This document shows, piece after piece, positions 53,661-64,000 of a stretch of 64,000 nt of DNA (its first letter is position 1; each line of letters begins with the position of its first letter). The DNA is from Balanoglossus misakiensis (Eukaryota; Animalia; Hemichordata). The translations under genes and the position numbers were made by a program. Under the pieces are notes generated by a model. That model did no database searches, was not told the DNA's origin, and worked only from the letters and a program-made list of their open reading frames with translations. The stretch lies in assembly GCA_040954595.2 (NCBI GenBank), contig CM082576.2, positions 6,637,129 through 6,701,128 of the forward strand. Direction: 5' to 3'.

Positions 53661-56600
53661 CTACATTGATTAATTAATTAAATGATCATTGACGAATAAC
53701 GAAATACTTTGTGCTCCCACCTTCCGCTGAAAACTTCGATAGTTGTAGTTGGACTGACTTTCCTACCTATCCTTTTGAAATACTTTGCAACTCATTAATT
53801 ACATTCACAGAGTAGGCTTGCAACAGGGACACAAAGCGAATGATTTCAACGTAGGCGAATACGAATTCATTTCACTCAAGGCTAGTTTAAAATTTACCGT
53901 ATGGCACAGGAAACACAGGAGTCACATTCATTGCGCCTCGGGTAAGGCTGTAAAATTGGTTAAATTGTCACGGCGCGGCAGATTTCGAAGCGAAATTAAA
54001 ATGCAGGAAAGGGTGATCTTTACATCTTTTTTATTATCGCAGGCATATCGACGATTTACAACAGAAATAATCATGACATCAATACTGCATGGTAACATGC
54101 TAAAAGAAAATTGTCGGGCAATTTGATAGCAAATCTTCCTTGGAAGGCGCTAGTGTATTTATCCGAGGATTTTTTATATGTCACTGATACCGTCACGATA
54201 TAAACAGGCTCGCACCCAAAAGCATATGACAGAATATCACACTGGGTATTACATGCATGCATGTACATAAATATCGTTTATCGCGTTTCATTGGGTAGTT
54301 ATCTCTAGCTACAGGACCCCAGTGTCGTTTTTCCCTGTGCGGGTGATTGGTTCGCAATTATTCAGTGATATTTCCTCTCTCCGGAGATCTAAGTATGATG
54401 ATGGAAAATAACGTGGTCGTGATGCCTGCGCGACTCGATCAGAACTTGAACTGGAATGTGGCATTTCAAGTATTTAACACTTGGGCATTATCGCCGCACC
54501 TTGGCCGACACTCTGCTTTAATGCACACCTCAAGTAACTACAGATCTATCGGCAAAAAATCATCACGCGGTTTCCTACAGATCACGTACGCGCGACCAAG
54601 AAATCTCGAATTCTGTCTTCAAAAGAAGAATGAATGAATGCGCCTTAGGAAACGAGACTCAGGCCTTCAAATTCGGTTGTTGTTTTAGTCGGGCGCCGCC
54701 TATAGCAGAAGATCCAGATTTTTTCTGACAAGAGTCACTATGTGCTGTTGATCTTCTCATCTTTTCCGACTCCAAAGTCTTTTTTATCGACTAGATTAGA
54801 ATTTCACCTGACTGTCGTTGCAACCTCGACTTTGAAATTGTCAACTTTCGAGTTCCCTTGAAGTTTATCATATTCCTGCGTCCCTGAAGAATACTATTTC
54901 GAGGAATTGCTTGTCGCAACAATGACGTCACGTCACTCGGGGCGTGCGCAGGCCAACGACACAAAATTGCCGTTTTCCTGAGTGAGTCGTGCTTCTTCGG
55001 GATAGATGAGGTTGTAAATGAACACAGCTAGGGGGAAATGTATTTCTTGAACGATGATACCAAAATGACGAACGATCACTAGTGCGCACACCTTGGTAAT
55101 ACTTCTGATATTCAACTGCATGAAATACACACCTTGGAGTTTTCTCAAAGGCTTTTGTCAACAAAATTTCCCTACCCCCACTTTACCACAACCCTAAAGC
55201 ACGATGAGTAGTCATGGAGATCAGTGACGTATATGCCCATTCTCCTCGACCTATCACGTGACGGCCGAAGAAGCCGACGAAAACGGGATCAGCACATTCG
55301 CTTCGAACAAACCCAGCTATACATACATGTACACCGTTTATTCCCCCCCCCCCCAACCCCCGGTATTAACGTACCATTCGACAGGGCCGGGGAATGTAAT
55401 CAGTTAGCATGCCTCGAGAGGTAATACCCGATTCCCTTTCCGCAATCATTGAGACTCGGCTTTCACTGTCCTCGGGCAACTGGGGTCTAATTTGACTAGT
55501 CTATGCGCGATGATCAAGCTCACCCGAAATTAAAATTAAACAAGCCCGTCCTCGAAAATACCACGGACGTTTCTACTTTGTCAATGCAGTTTCACGGTCA
55601 ACTACTCAGTTAACGTGCAATGGACAAAACAGTCACATCCCCATACCAACTGCATCTTTACTAAGTACACCAATTTTAATTTTCGGTCAGTGATTCAATT
55701 TCAAACACCTTTAAACTATTCGTGAAAGTATAACAGCGAAACAAGCTGTATGGAAACACGAGTATTGAATAAAATTAAACAAAGAGAAAAGAATATTCTC
55801 ACATAGGCCTATATATTTTTTTTAAATCGTGTCAAGCTTTGTGAATTTGACGATTTTACCTCTAAATCACTCTAATTTTGAATGTATTCGTCAATTAAGA
55901 AACGAGAGTGAAATCAAATATAGGAGTAGCCTTTACTACTTCCTGCGGGGAAAAGCTTACCCCAAATTTAAAAACACCAATTAACGAGGCTAATTCAAAT
56001 AACTGTGGTTTTATATCTTTAGAAATATCACTACCGCCCGTGGCGCGATTTACCGACATATCTGATGACAAGATACAACATTTAGCGTATATGAAACTGT
56101 GGAAGCAGTTACCTTTTATCTCGGTACACGATATTGAAAGTCAAAAACCCAAGAGACAGGGTAATACCAAGCGCAGCAAACATGTATGCTATATAGACGA
56201 CAGTTTTGTTCAATTCTACGGTCATTCTTTCCACCATCCCCCGGTCTTTTGGAGTTTCGCCGCCTGTACAGTGATAGAGAGACAGAGGCAGGGACAGACA
56301 GACAGACATACAGACAGACAGACAGAGAAGGAAGGAAGGAGAGACAGAGAAAGAAAGAGATACAAAGACGGAGATACACCGTAGAGAACGTATTAGCCAA
56401 GTCTATACAAATGCGCGAGAATATCGAGAATCCAAAATTTAGCAATGCCTTTTGTGTATTAGTACGCAAAAAAAATGTAGAGACATTGAATTATGGTTTC
56501 TCGTACACATTGTTTTATTGGCAATGAGGCTAAATATCTAACTTTTCTTTACCTGGCCATACAAAGTCAGACTCCCAGACAAACTGGCCGGTCTCGTGAA

Positions 56601-59600
56601 AGAAACTGCCTCTTCTTTGGTGCACGTTGCCTGAATAGAAAAAAAGAAGAAGATTTGACATTACGTTCTGCATGCGCCAGTGGCGGCGTATTGTCACATT
56701 TATGGGACCTGGTTACTTATGATGTGAAGCATATAATGGCGATGTCGTTATAGGATTGCAATTACTATTTAAATATTGACTAAGGTTTGCTGCGCGGATC
56801 GGATCTATGTACAACGACACAGATAATATTGCTTTCAAGGCGTACTTTCGAGGCAGACTTAAGACCTATTTACGCTGGCGATACCGTGACCCTTTTCCCT
56901 ATACCCGCGCTCGGGTCGGTTTCCTTTTCTCAAACGTGAGCGCATGTCTGTACCTCCGATGATTTCGATTCAACGCACTTTTTTTTTACTTTCGCGAGGT
57001 TTAAAAAGTCCTTTCGACCCATCGATTTTAGTTTAGAGTTTCTGCTTTGAGTGCGAATGTTCCCGGAAAGAAAATCTATCGCAGACGAGACTACCTGTAA
57101 CTCGAGCCAGAAGTGCACACAACAATCAAAAGATGTATGCACGGTAAATTTAGCGGGATTACTCATTCTACACGTATCATTCAGGCGAACAAGAACAGCG
57201 GAAGGCGTTTTAGAAAGTTGTTGGTATTGCGGCGTTGACGCGCTACCAGCAATTCTGAGAAGTGTATGACAGTACAATAGTGCGCAGTCGTTGAGCATAC
57301 ATGTATAAAGTTTAGAGAAGATAAAGTCGCCATCTTTTGTTACTACCGGAAGATGCGTATCGAATCTCCTCCGACTTCTTTTTAAGTTAACATTTTCCTG
57401 TCTATACTGATACGGAATCAATAAAATGATTTTCAGTGAATCGTGCCATCTCCCCGAGGCAAAATTCGAATATCAATTGTTTTCTGAAGCATTTCGATTT
57501 TCAACATCCGCAAAAATTTCACAATTTACCAAAAGTTGCAGTTTTGTCCCTCCGCGGCAGGATGTACGTTATCTCTTTAACAGAATGTAGGATTACCCGG
57601 AAAACGCCCATTCTTTATTTTTACTTTTCAAGGGCTTTCTGTAATATATACGTATGCGTGTTTATCTTCACATTTCCAGGAAAAAAAGATGCATATCAAT
57701 TTGACTCATACATCTTGCTAACACGGGAATTGACGGCTCCTCTGATATTTCAGAGATTGGACAAAATTGAATTACACGAAGGAAGACATTTTAATTACAA
57801 AAGCGCGCCCTTTTAAAAGAAATCTATAATTGCTTGTCGTGACTGTGTGAAGGTTTTCATGCGGCCTTCGATAAATATATTATTTTATTCAATTTGCAGA
57901 TTATTAATTCTTTCTCTCAATTCTAAGAAAATTAGGAATATGCGATCCCATTACTAATATGATAGTTCGCATGTCTGTTTTTATCCAAAGCCACACAAGG
58001 GCGTCAGTGACTATGTACGGTGAAATTAGTGATTCTTCGTTGAATGATAGTCACCTGTTAGCTGATATACACCAACCCTTCCAACACGGTCTCCACCGTC
58101 GAACAGTACAGGGCCCTGGATAAGAAAATCGTATGAGAAGAAAAACATTATTTAGTGTGATTTCAAGTGGTTTCGATTGTGAAGTACGTCTAGTACTGTT
58201 CTGTCCGCGTTCGAGGCTTTCACTTTTGTCCATATCTAGGCCTACAATGTGTGAACGTCTCTTGTGAGAGATTGCCACGGTTGACGTGGGAAGTTGCGGT
58301 TCCTAGCTTATATCGATTTTATGTCACCTTAAAATGCAGATAGCACAAAAAAACTCCTGTTCGATAATGCCATAACCTTCGGGCTATGAGCATTGCACAA
58401 CAGAGAGATAACGGGCCGGCTACCTAAATTAAGTAATAATCGCACTGATTGCGTTTATCAATATCTGAGGCCAACTACGATAGGAAAAACAAAGGCTGTC
58501 CCCTGCTTTTCAGGTCAAAAAGGAAGGTTATCGATTGTGAAAGTAACCATTAGCAACAAAAGAGCCACTAAGCTGTGCGTTGACATGAAAGTGCCTTTTA
58601 AAATAGTATAGCCAGGTGTATAAGTAACAGCTGAAAGATTTTATTATTTGACAGACTTACACTAACTCCTTCGAAGTGGAGATTTCCGAACTGCCTTAGA
58701 AATTCTGCGGACATGTCGGAGTCGTCGTATGTGAAGTTGCTTAATGTTTTGTTGTCGGGTAAATTGCCGATGGAGCTGTTCAAAGCCATGGCGATGGCCC
58801 ACATTGCGTCGTAGCCATAAGCGCTGAAAGAAGTGGGAATATACTGGCCCATTGACATCAGAAGTTCATTGTACTCCGCCGAGAATTCTTGCGCTGTCTG
58901 TTCAAAAAGAAAATGTGTATAGATATATTGCTTGTCGGTAGGGTTACCAACATTCGGTTGTCTGTTCGGGAGAAAATAGTCTCGGGGAAACATACCATTT
59001 TGCCCGAATACTTGTAAGTCAGTATGCATAGTCCGTCTATATGCAGTACAGACATTTTTTCTGTGGTCTATGCAACACATATCACAGAATTTATCGTCTG
59101 CGCATGCTTCAGCTAAAACACGAACGGACTTCCGGGGAAAAAGCCCAGGGAGTTATATCGGGTGATTCGAAAATAGTAATCCCACCCTGCCCTACATGTG
59201 GCATCCACCATACATCCATCTTGAGCTCCTTGTATTACACGAAACGGTATCAGTGTAAAGACTATTACATTTTTTTCAGCAAATATGACAAAACCGGAAG
59301 ACACTTGTCAAATTGATACTTCAAACTCGCACAGCAAAACATCTCGGAGATATGGATCATCAACCATACAAGCACATCATTCAACCATAAAAATAGGGTA
59401 TACGCCATGAGGTGTTACCGGGGATACAGCGCGTTGATCGGAACGCTTCGGCACTTCAGCTCTCTCAGATCGACTCTTAGTTGAGCAGATAAGTGGCGAG
59501 CCACGACAGACTGAGCATCGCGTTAAAAATTAATACATCAGCGATATCAGTTTACCGAGATAAAAGTGCCTGAAGTGACTGATGTTCGTTGCGTCCACTT

Positions 59601-62600
59601 CGAAGATTGTGCAACCGTGTACATGAAGGTACTTGCGCGCACAGACAAGACATCTTAGACCCGAATCCGTTAGATAGTAAGACATTCGCCATTAGCTTTG
59701 AGGCACAGCTTAGGCTAATACGACCGATATCTCGAGTCATGTTTGTTCTTCTCGACTGCGAGAGAGACAGGCAGTTTCCCCGTATAACCCGTTAGTATTC
59801 TACTCATATCTTGCCAGGTCGAGATTCTTAAACAACTAAATGTATATAATAAAACTACATGAGCGAAGTGTATATTTGAAATAATTCTTCGACCGTGATA
59901 GAATTGTTGTACTTTATTAAAATTAGTCCGCAGCTGCCCTCTTCAGACACATGGAGTCCCCGGATGTTTACCTTTCCCACAAAAAAGTAAAGTACATTGT
60001 ACATGACATTGTTGGTTTAGCGTACACCTCTAGCACTGTGCACAAAACAGCCCAACGGCCACTTAGACGAAGTCACGACAGAGATGTTGAAAACAAATGG
60101 GAAACGTGCTACGCAGCGAGTGTAAAGTTGGTTCCACGGGGCGGAATCTGAGGCAAGGTTTGCCGTCGTTAATGGTGACAGGACAAACACAAAGAATTCT
60201 CAGTCAGCGGTAAAAGGTTCCAATTTCAACAATCTGTAGTGAGTGGGGATCGCTCTTATGGACATTAATGGACGTCTTTGCTATTGTTTAGCTGCCGTAT
60301 TTCTGCTCAAAAGATATACTCTCTTGAACCACAGACAAAGAAAAAGAACAGTTGATTTTCCATGGCACGCAGAATAAAACTAGATAAAAAATAACAACAA
60401 CTTCTTAGAGAGCGAGACCTTTTTTGTTTGTGATCCAGTTCTTAGCGCAGAGAGGACAACTTCCCGAGGGGCTGAGTGGTGACACAGCGCGCTATAGCTT
60501 GGTTACCTCACGTACTCGCTTTCTCGGCGTTATTGAAGGCATTACAGCTGTACCTGAATACAAACTTTTGATTTTTGACGGAGTCGAATCGAGCAAAAAT
60601 CGCGGCCTCCTATTTCACGTAGAAGTGCATGGATGAAGCGCGGTGTGATTTGTTCCAGCAGCGCTGTGCGTAGGAGGTGACTGTTATTTATGCAAATTCA
60701 GCGACGTTGCTGAAACACGTACAGCTTGAATAACTGACGACACGGGATGGCACAGAAGTGTGAAATTCAGTTCTAAGCACACATGATCCGTTGTGTTCAT
60801 GAATTAATGGAACGTTGGAGACACCCGCTGAAAGGGAATGCGAGGGGAAAACTTGTCCAATTTATGAAACTATCGGCCCAATTCCCCGATTCCTTAATTT
60901 TCCATCAGAGGCAATATTCAACAAGTGGCACATCGAGAGCATCGATCACTTGCAAAATATCTGCACTCACTCACTCACTCACTCACTCACTCATTCATTC
61001 AGAGTGTGACGTGAGAACGTGAGTGTAGTCACTCAAATCACGTGACCAATCGGCTGAATGCGACCGCTTACCAGTCCAGACACTGTTACAGTATCGTCAT
61101 CCCTGAACCCTTCCTGGTCGAACATAATGCTGCCCTGGGCCGCCGTGTAGATTTGCTCCGGCGTACAGCCCGAATTGAATGGGCTCTCCCACCAGTACTC
61201 GCCTGTGTAACTTGTCGTCTGGAAGTACAACGTTATCAAAACGTATCTGCCGCCGTACAGACCATTCTTGTATGCCTGAAGTTTTGACGAAGAAACAAGC
61301 GTCCGTGAAAAATATCTCGGGAACGACATAGTGGAGCTCACACCACACACAGATCACCTTGAGCGAAATGGTTCTGCGCTAATAGCCGTTTGTATTTGGG
61401 AATATTTTGGTTTCCCTTAAAATTTCAGTATCAGCTTTAATTGGAGGGGACACGAGACGTGATTGGAACAGTTTCCGCCCGTGAGAACTTGTTTGGCATT
61501 TTGTAGTGCAAGAATATCAACGGAAGCAGTTGTTTTTTTTGTCGTGTTTTCTGAATCCCTCCAGTCATGTTTGTGAATAGAGACTTACCTGACAGAAAAA
61601 GCCAGCGACATGACGGTTGAACGTAAATATTATTCTTGCGTCTGTTTCCTGTGATTACAAAGAATACATTAGAGAAGCCGTTCTCTTTAATAGATCTGCG
61701 TTGAACGGCGCACGTCTGGCATAAATAGTCTTTATTATCATTTCCAGGTGACGGGCAAACAATATTTCGGCATCCAGTAAAAGTTTTTCCGGGTGCGTAG
61801 AACCGCCAGACACGTAACATGTATGAGGCGTGGTGCCTCATCATAGCTTCATGGCGTTTCGTCCGCACAGTCGTCGTCTGCACCATGTTGCTGAAGTTGC
61901 CCGTCAGCTGGAAATTTGAATGCCAACGTAGGCCTAACTGCGTCTGACGTCTTTTGATATCAAAGGATAAAGGATGCCGAAATTCTCTGTTGTCACGATT
62001 CAAATTAATTTGTTACCAATGGCGTTTTTTTTGCACTGACGCCTTTTGCGAAATCGAAAACGGCACATTGTCTCTCCTAAATTGAATTCCTGCATGTTGT
62101 ATTGGACAAGAATGTTGCTTTTCATAATTAGTGTGCGTCTGTACTGTACTGTACTGTAACTGTACTTTACTGTGCCTTTGGTACTGTACTGTACTGTACT
62201 GTACTGTACTGTACTGTACTGTACTGTACTGTACTGTACTGTACTGTACTGTACTGTACTGTACTGTACTGTACTGTACTGTACTTTAATGTAATGTAAT
62301 GTAATGTAATGTAATGTAATGTAATGTACTAACACGTGCGTTTACGTGTGCGTGCAGGTGACCATAGCTCTGATCGTATGGGAAGGTCGTCGCGCACACA
62401 CTTGGCTCAGTTGATGGACCGCCTCTTTAAAAGAGCTGGCGATGTGTCTTGCGAGTTTGAATCAATGGATCCACGTCAATGCAGGGACATTGACAAGTCG
62501 ACATTATGGACCTTCTCGTGAAATCTATAACCATTAGAGAACGAGACTTCAAATATACACCAATTTGCACAAAACAAACACCAGCAGGAAAAGTCTCAGT

Positions 62601-63390
62601 ACAAAAAGCTTTCGTTTGATTATTTTTGCTTGCCCTCAAAGCATCTTTCCTTTCTGCACACAGATAGGAGCTTATCGACTTCGTTGGCGGTGCATGATCG
62701 ATTCAATACCCGCAGCCCACAAAGCGTTCTCTCCGCTGCGGCCTGATTTCAGCAATAGTACATTCACCAAAGAACTCTTACCTTTACGTTGTACACGGCC
62801 TGGTCGGGCGCATTTTCGTCCGTGAATATCTCTATGGTTACAAGCGTAATATTTTTCTCGCTCATTCCGGCCGCCAACAAATCCGAAGCCTATGAAAATT
62901 TAAGTCATTAGTCAAAGAGAATTAGGTATCATTCATACTCAGGCAATGTGTATGTTGTTATTGCTAAGTGGCAAATCTCATGCCAAGAAAATCTTGCACT
63001 TGTTATAGATGGTCACGGTCCATACAGCTGGGGCAAAAGCATTTTTTTCCCGCAATGATTTATGCGTTTGGTATGCTTACAAAGAGAAGTTTGTGTGTTC
63101 ATATGCCGAAATGAAAATGTAAAGGATTTGGTGATATTCGAGGCGCTTGTCGGTAAACGAATTTAATACAGAGAAGTTCTATGTTTACTGTACTGTATTC
63201 CATTGTACTGGCAACTTACTCTATTGAACGCATTATCATCTCGGTGTATAATGGCTGCTCGTTTCCAGTTAAAATACTCCAGAAAGGCCACGCGCATTGG
63301 AGTGAAGACCGCCTCGGGCATCGGAATGCGGTGGAACAAAGGGAAACGTGACCTGTCGGAAAGCTCCTCCCACGTGCAGGTGGCAGCAAT
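51504..63390 (-). CDS. GABA-B-receptor-like class C GPCR (divergent); N-terminus lies beyond the window end
   Basis: In-frame exons at about 63390-63220 (LSDRSRFPLFHR..FNWKR), 62891-62782, 61649-61588 (TDARII..FCQ), 61277-61072 (AYKNGLYGGRYV), 58897-58661 (AYGYDAMWAIAMALN), 58116-58055 (GPVLFD.GDR), 56630-56553, 56263-56113 (TM1), 53565-53436 (YIKMSSPNLNN), 53202-53094 (GFTLSFGSMFSKTWRVHKIF), 52846-52724, 52435-52291 (YKG..GVFLAWETRK), 52103-51911 (LNDSRYIG..FVPK) and 51689-51504. No Cys-rich domain, as in the GABA-B family. Confidence 0.92.
52190..52234. mobile_element. 31-bp palindromic insertion of the same family with 7-bp target-site duplication
   Basis: TATGAAA-[CTTGGATGTA catgtatttcc TACCTCCATG]-TATGAAA. 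The left arm has 2 mismatches to CATGGAGGTA. Confidence 0.65.
53608..53658. repeat. (AATC)n microsatellite
   Basis: About 12 perfect units in a GPCR intron. Confidence 0.95.
60964..61000. repeat. (CACT)n/(CATT)n microsatellite
   Basis: cactcactcact...cattcattc. Confidence 0.9.
61680..61969. mobile_element. MITE-like interspersed repeat, copy 2 (GPCR intron)
   Basis: Shares CATTTCCAG.TGACGGGCAA.CAATATTTCGGCATCCAGTAAAAGTTTTTCCG...GTTGCTGAAGTTGCCCGTCA.CTGGAAAT...GCGTCTGACGTC.TTTGATA with the 41134-41438 copy, in the same orientation. Confidence 0.8.
62140..62330. repeat. Compound pentanucleotide microsatellite (GTACT)n-(GTAAT)n
   Basis: Perfect (GTACT) array at 62181-62285 followed by a (GTAAT) array to about 62325. 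Confidence 0.97.
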
Positions 63391-64000
63391 CTGTGGCGAG
63401 GAAGGAGACAAAAAGAACGTGTCACGTGAGCTTTACAGGAGCCGCCGGCTGGTTACGTCACGTCCCTACCTACTCCGCGCCATGTGATAATTATTCGCCG
63501 ATTTCAACCGAGTTACATAAGGGGTGGATCGTTCATCCAATCTGTGGGGCAATACGGACTCGAATTATGGCTAAGCCATACATTTGAATTCTAGAACACG
63601 TACTTAAAATATTTTCTTATAATTCGCGCGGTTGTTATTCATAAACACGTTTTTATTCTCATGGAATCCCTCGTCCATATTGCAGTGAATTGGTTCTGGA
63701 CAGGTATCTTCTTAAGCTCTTATAGAATTCTGAATCTCACGTTAGCGAGTTTTGGAGGAATTGAAACGTTGTCAACGCCAAGCATTACATATTAGCTTCA
63801 CCACTGTGCAAATTCGCTGCCTATGTATTTTCTTCTGATTTTCTTCTTCTCTTCTCATTCTCGTCGTGATATTTTGTATTTCCAATGTGGTGTGATGGCC
63901 TTGGTTGATGAGGGATACAAACTGTCATACGAGCCACGAGATAGCATGTAAACACACCACAATGTCAGACTGTTCTCAATGGAGGAAAACTGTACCTGTA

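Noticed and set aside
53780-60800. CpG-rich, transposon-looking patches in the large GPCR introns, and ORFs at 55908-56384 and 56930-57421
   Set aside because: I could not pair termini or find TSDs or transposase/RT motifs by eye. They are probably decayed repeats and need RepeatModeler.
61437-62003. 188-aa minus-strand ORF
   Set aside because: It runs through a MITE copy and crosses a real GPCR exon out of frame, with no transposase motifs.
62000-62335. ORF with ITLHY/STVQY repeats
   Set aside because: Translation of the (GTACT)n/(GTAAT)n microsatellite.
1-64000. tRNA, rRNA, snoRNA, CRISPR arrays or prokaryotic/viral systems
   Set aside because: None recognised. The DNA is spliceosomal-intron-rich and eukaryotic, and the repeats lack repeat-spacer structure. 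Small ncRNAs cannot be excluded without Infernal or tRNAscan.

Overview
Intron-rich animal genomic DNA, AT-rich overall. The gene set and repeat landscape suggest a marine invertebrate, possibly a non-vertebrate deuterostome (inference only). Five spliced protein-coding genes were reconstructed by hand: the 3' part of legumain (+, to 3051); a complete DAAM formin (-, CDS 8050-29188, probable non-coding first exon near 38348); KIF6 kinesin (+, 38817-45442), head-to-head with DAAM across a promoter of under 0.5 kb; an SLC16/MCT transporter (+, 46429-48757); and a divergent GABA-B-like class C GPCR (-, 51504-63390, 5' end outside the window). Most entries in the supplied ORF track are exon fragments or noise. 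The main observations are a U12-type intron in KIF6, candidate 3-nt and 15-nt microexons and a possible internal start exon in DAAM, 21-31 bp palindromic insertions with 7-bp target-site duplications, several MITEs, about 10-fold enrichment of TACATGTA, and DAAM-KIF6 microsynteny matching human DAAM2-KIF6 as recalled. I found no clear-cut new biological system. Coordinates were read by eye and may be off by a few bases.
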